This document shows, piece by piece, positions 63,328 to 64,000 of a DNA stretch of 64,000 nucleotides. The notes under the pieces were generated by a model. That model saw only the letters and a list, made by a program, of their open reading frames with translations. It searched no databases and was not told the origin of the DNA. Both the position numbers and the translations under genes were made by a program. The number at the start of each line of letters is the position of its first letter. The first letter of the stretch is position 1. Source of the DNA: Bacteroidales bacterium (GTDB lineage: Bacteria; Bacteroidota; Bacteroidia; Bacteroidales; ML635J-15); assembly GCA_017651185.1 (NCBI GenBank), contig JAGCDJ010000006.1, forward strand, positions 137,766 to 201,765, read 5' to 3'.

Positions 63328-64000
63328 ATGACAATAGATTTTAATCTATCGAAGATGCGTACCGAGTACGGATTCCCAGTCCGTTACTATCTCGCGTCTG
63401 ATAATGGTGAAATTTTTATGAATGACCTTATTGGTAGTCGCATTTCTATTGAATACCAGCATGTAATTAATTGCGTTTCGTGTGGTAAGGTTACTGGTCG
63501 TAGTTATATGAATGGGCACTGTTACGACTGCTATACGACTTTGCCGGAATGTGACGAGGGTGTTTTCAATCCTGAAAAGGACTTGTCGCATCTGGGCATT
63601 TCGCGCGACATGGAATGGTCGAAAAAATATTCGCTGATTGACCATTATGTTTATCTCGCATTTACTGGCGATTTGAAGGTTGGAGTTACGCGCCATAACC
63701 AGATTCCTACGCGATGGATTGACCAGGGTGCTGTGGCCGCGATAAAGTTTGCCAAGACACCAAACCGAAATCTTGCAGGACTGATAGAGGTAGAGATGAA
63801 AAAGCATATCGCTGACAAGACTAACTGGAAGGCGATGTTGTCGGTTTCAAAGCAGAATATTGATTTGGTAGAGCGAAAGAAATTCTTTTTGCCTATGTTG
63901 CCAGATGAACTGGTGGACTATGCTTCTTTCGATGACTCGGTGACAGAAATAGTTTACCCATACGATTATAAGTTGGCAAATGTCAAGGTAGTATCGCTTA
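63328..64000 (+). CDS. DUF2797-like protein, 3' end cut by the window edge (missing from the ORF track)
   Basis: By hand translation, the frame from the ATG at 63328 stays open to nt 64000. 'CVSCGKVTGRSYMNGHCYDCYTTLPECD' is a Cys-cluster motif, followed by 'YLAFTGDLKVGVTR'. Confidence 0.7.
   Translation, partial: MTIDFNLSKMRTEYGFPVRYYLASDNGEIFMNDLIGSRISIEYQHVINCVSCGKVTGRSYMNGHCYDCYTTLPECDEGVFNPEKDLSHLGISRDMEWSKKYSLIDHYVYLAFTGDLKVGVTRHNQIPTRWIDQGAVAAIKFAKTPNRNLAGLIEVEMKKHIADKTNWKAMLSVSKQNIDLVERKKFFLPMLPDELVDYASFDDSVTEIVYPYDYKLANVKVVSL

Noticed and set aside
63346-63807. 153-aa minus-strand ORF at the right edge
   Set aside because: It is antisense to a + strand frame that is open from the ATG at 63328 to the window end. 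That frame has a -7 box upstream and a Cys-cluster DUF2797-like sequence. The minus-strand ORF has no supporting features.

Overview
This 64-kb chromosomal segment reads as Bacteroidota, probably Bacteroidales. Supporting signals are T9SS type-A and type-B C-terminal sorting domains, BspA-type LRR proteins, TAnnTTTG -7 promoter boxes, and the core genes mreBCD-mrdA-rodA, htpG, iorAB, queA, folC, sufE and trxA. I call about 50 protein genes and one tRNA-Val(TAC). I found no rRNA, no CRISPR array, and no integrase, transposase or reverse transcriptase. Two genes are cut by the window edges: an LRR gene at nt 1, and a DUF2797-like gene from 63328 that is missing from the ORF track. Housekeeping blocks are interrupted by four accessory stretches. 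(1) At 1-7.4 kb, an LRR protein has a C-terminal ~50-aa tandem module that recurs in the next three small genes. This is followed by REP-like palindromes, a 270-nt region with twin hairpins, and a tight four-gene cassette ending in a KAP P-loop NTPase. (2) At 10.7-12.3 kb, an AAA_14/DUF4143-type ATPase gene sits inside a 23-bp tandem array and is bracketed by 49-bp direct repeats. (3) At 41.7-46.7 kb there is a visibly AT-rich island. It holds a long structured leader before a small HTH gene, an export-signal-less LRR protein, and a tight three-gene cassette (Cse60-like, PD-(D/E)xK-like, ImmA/IrrE-like HExxH protein). It also carries an 80%-identical paralogue of the 97-aa membrane protein from the KAP cassette. 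(4) At 46.6-47.9 kb, a second DUF4143-type ATPase is bracketed by ~50-bp inverted repeats built from 19-bp palindromes. A family of ~240-bp low-complexity spacers sits upstream of three minus-strand genes. My best candidates for an undescribed system are the KAP cassette, the AT-rich-island three-gene cassette, and the repeat-bracketed ATPase cassettes. All homology calls are motif-level readings by eye; no searches were run.
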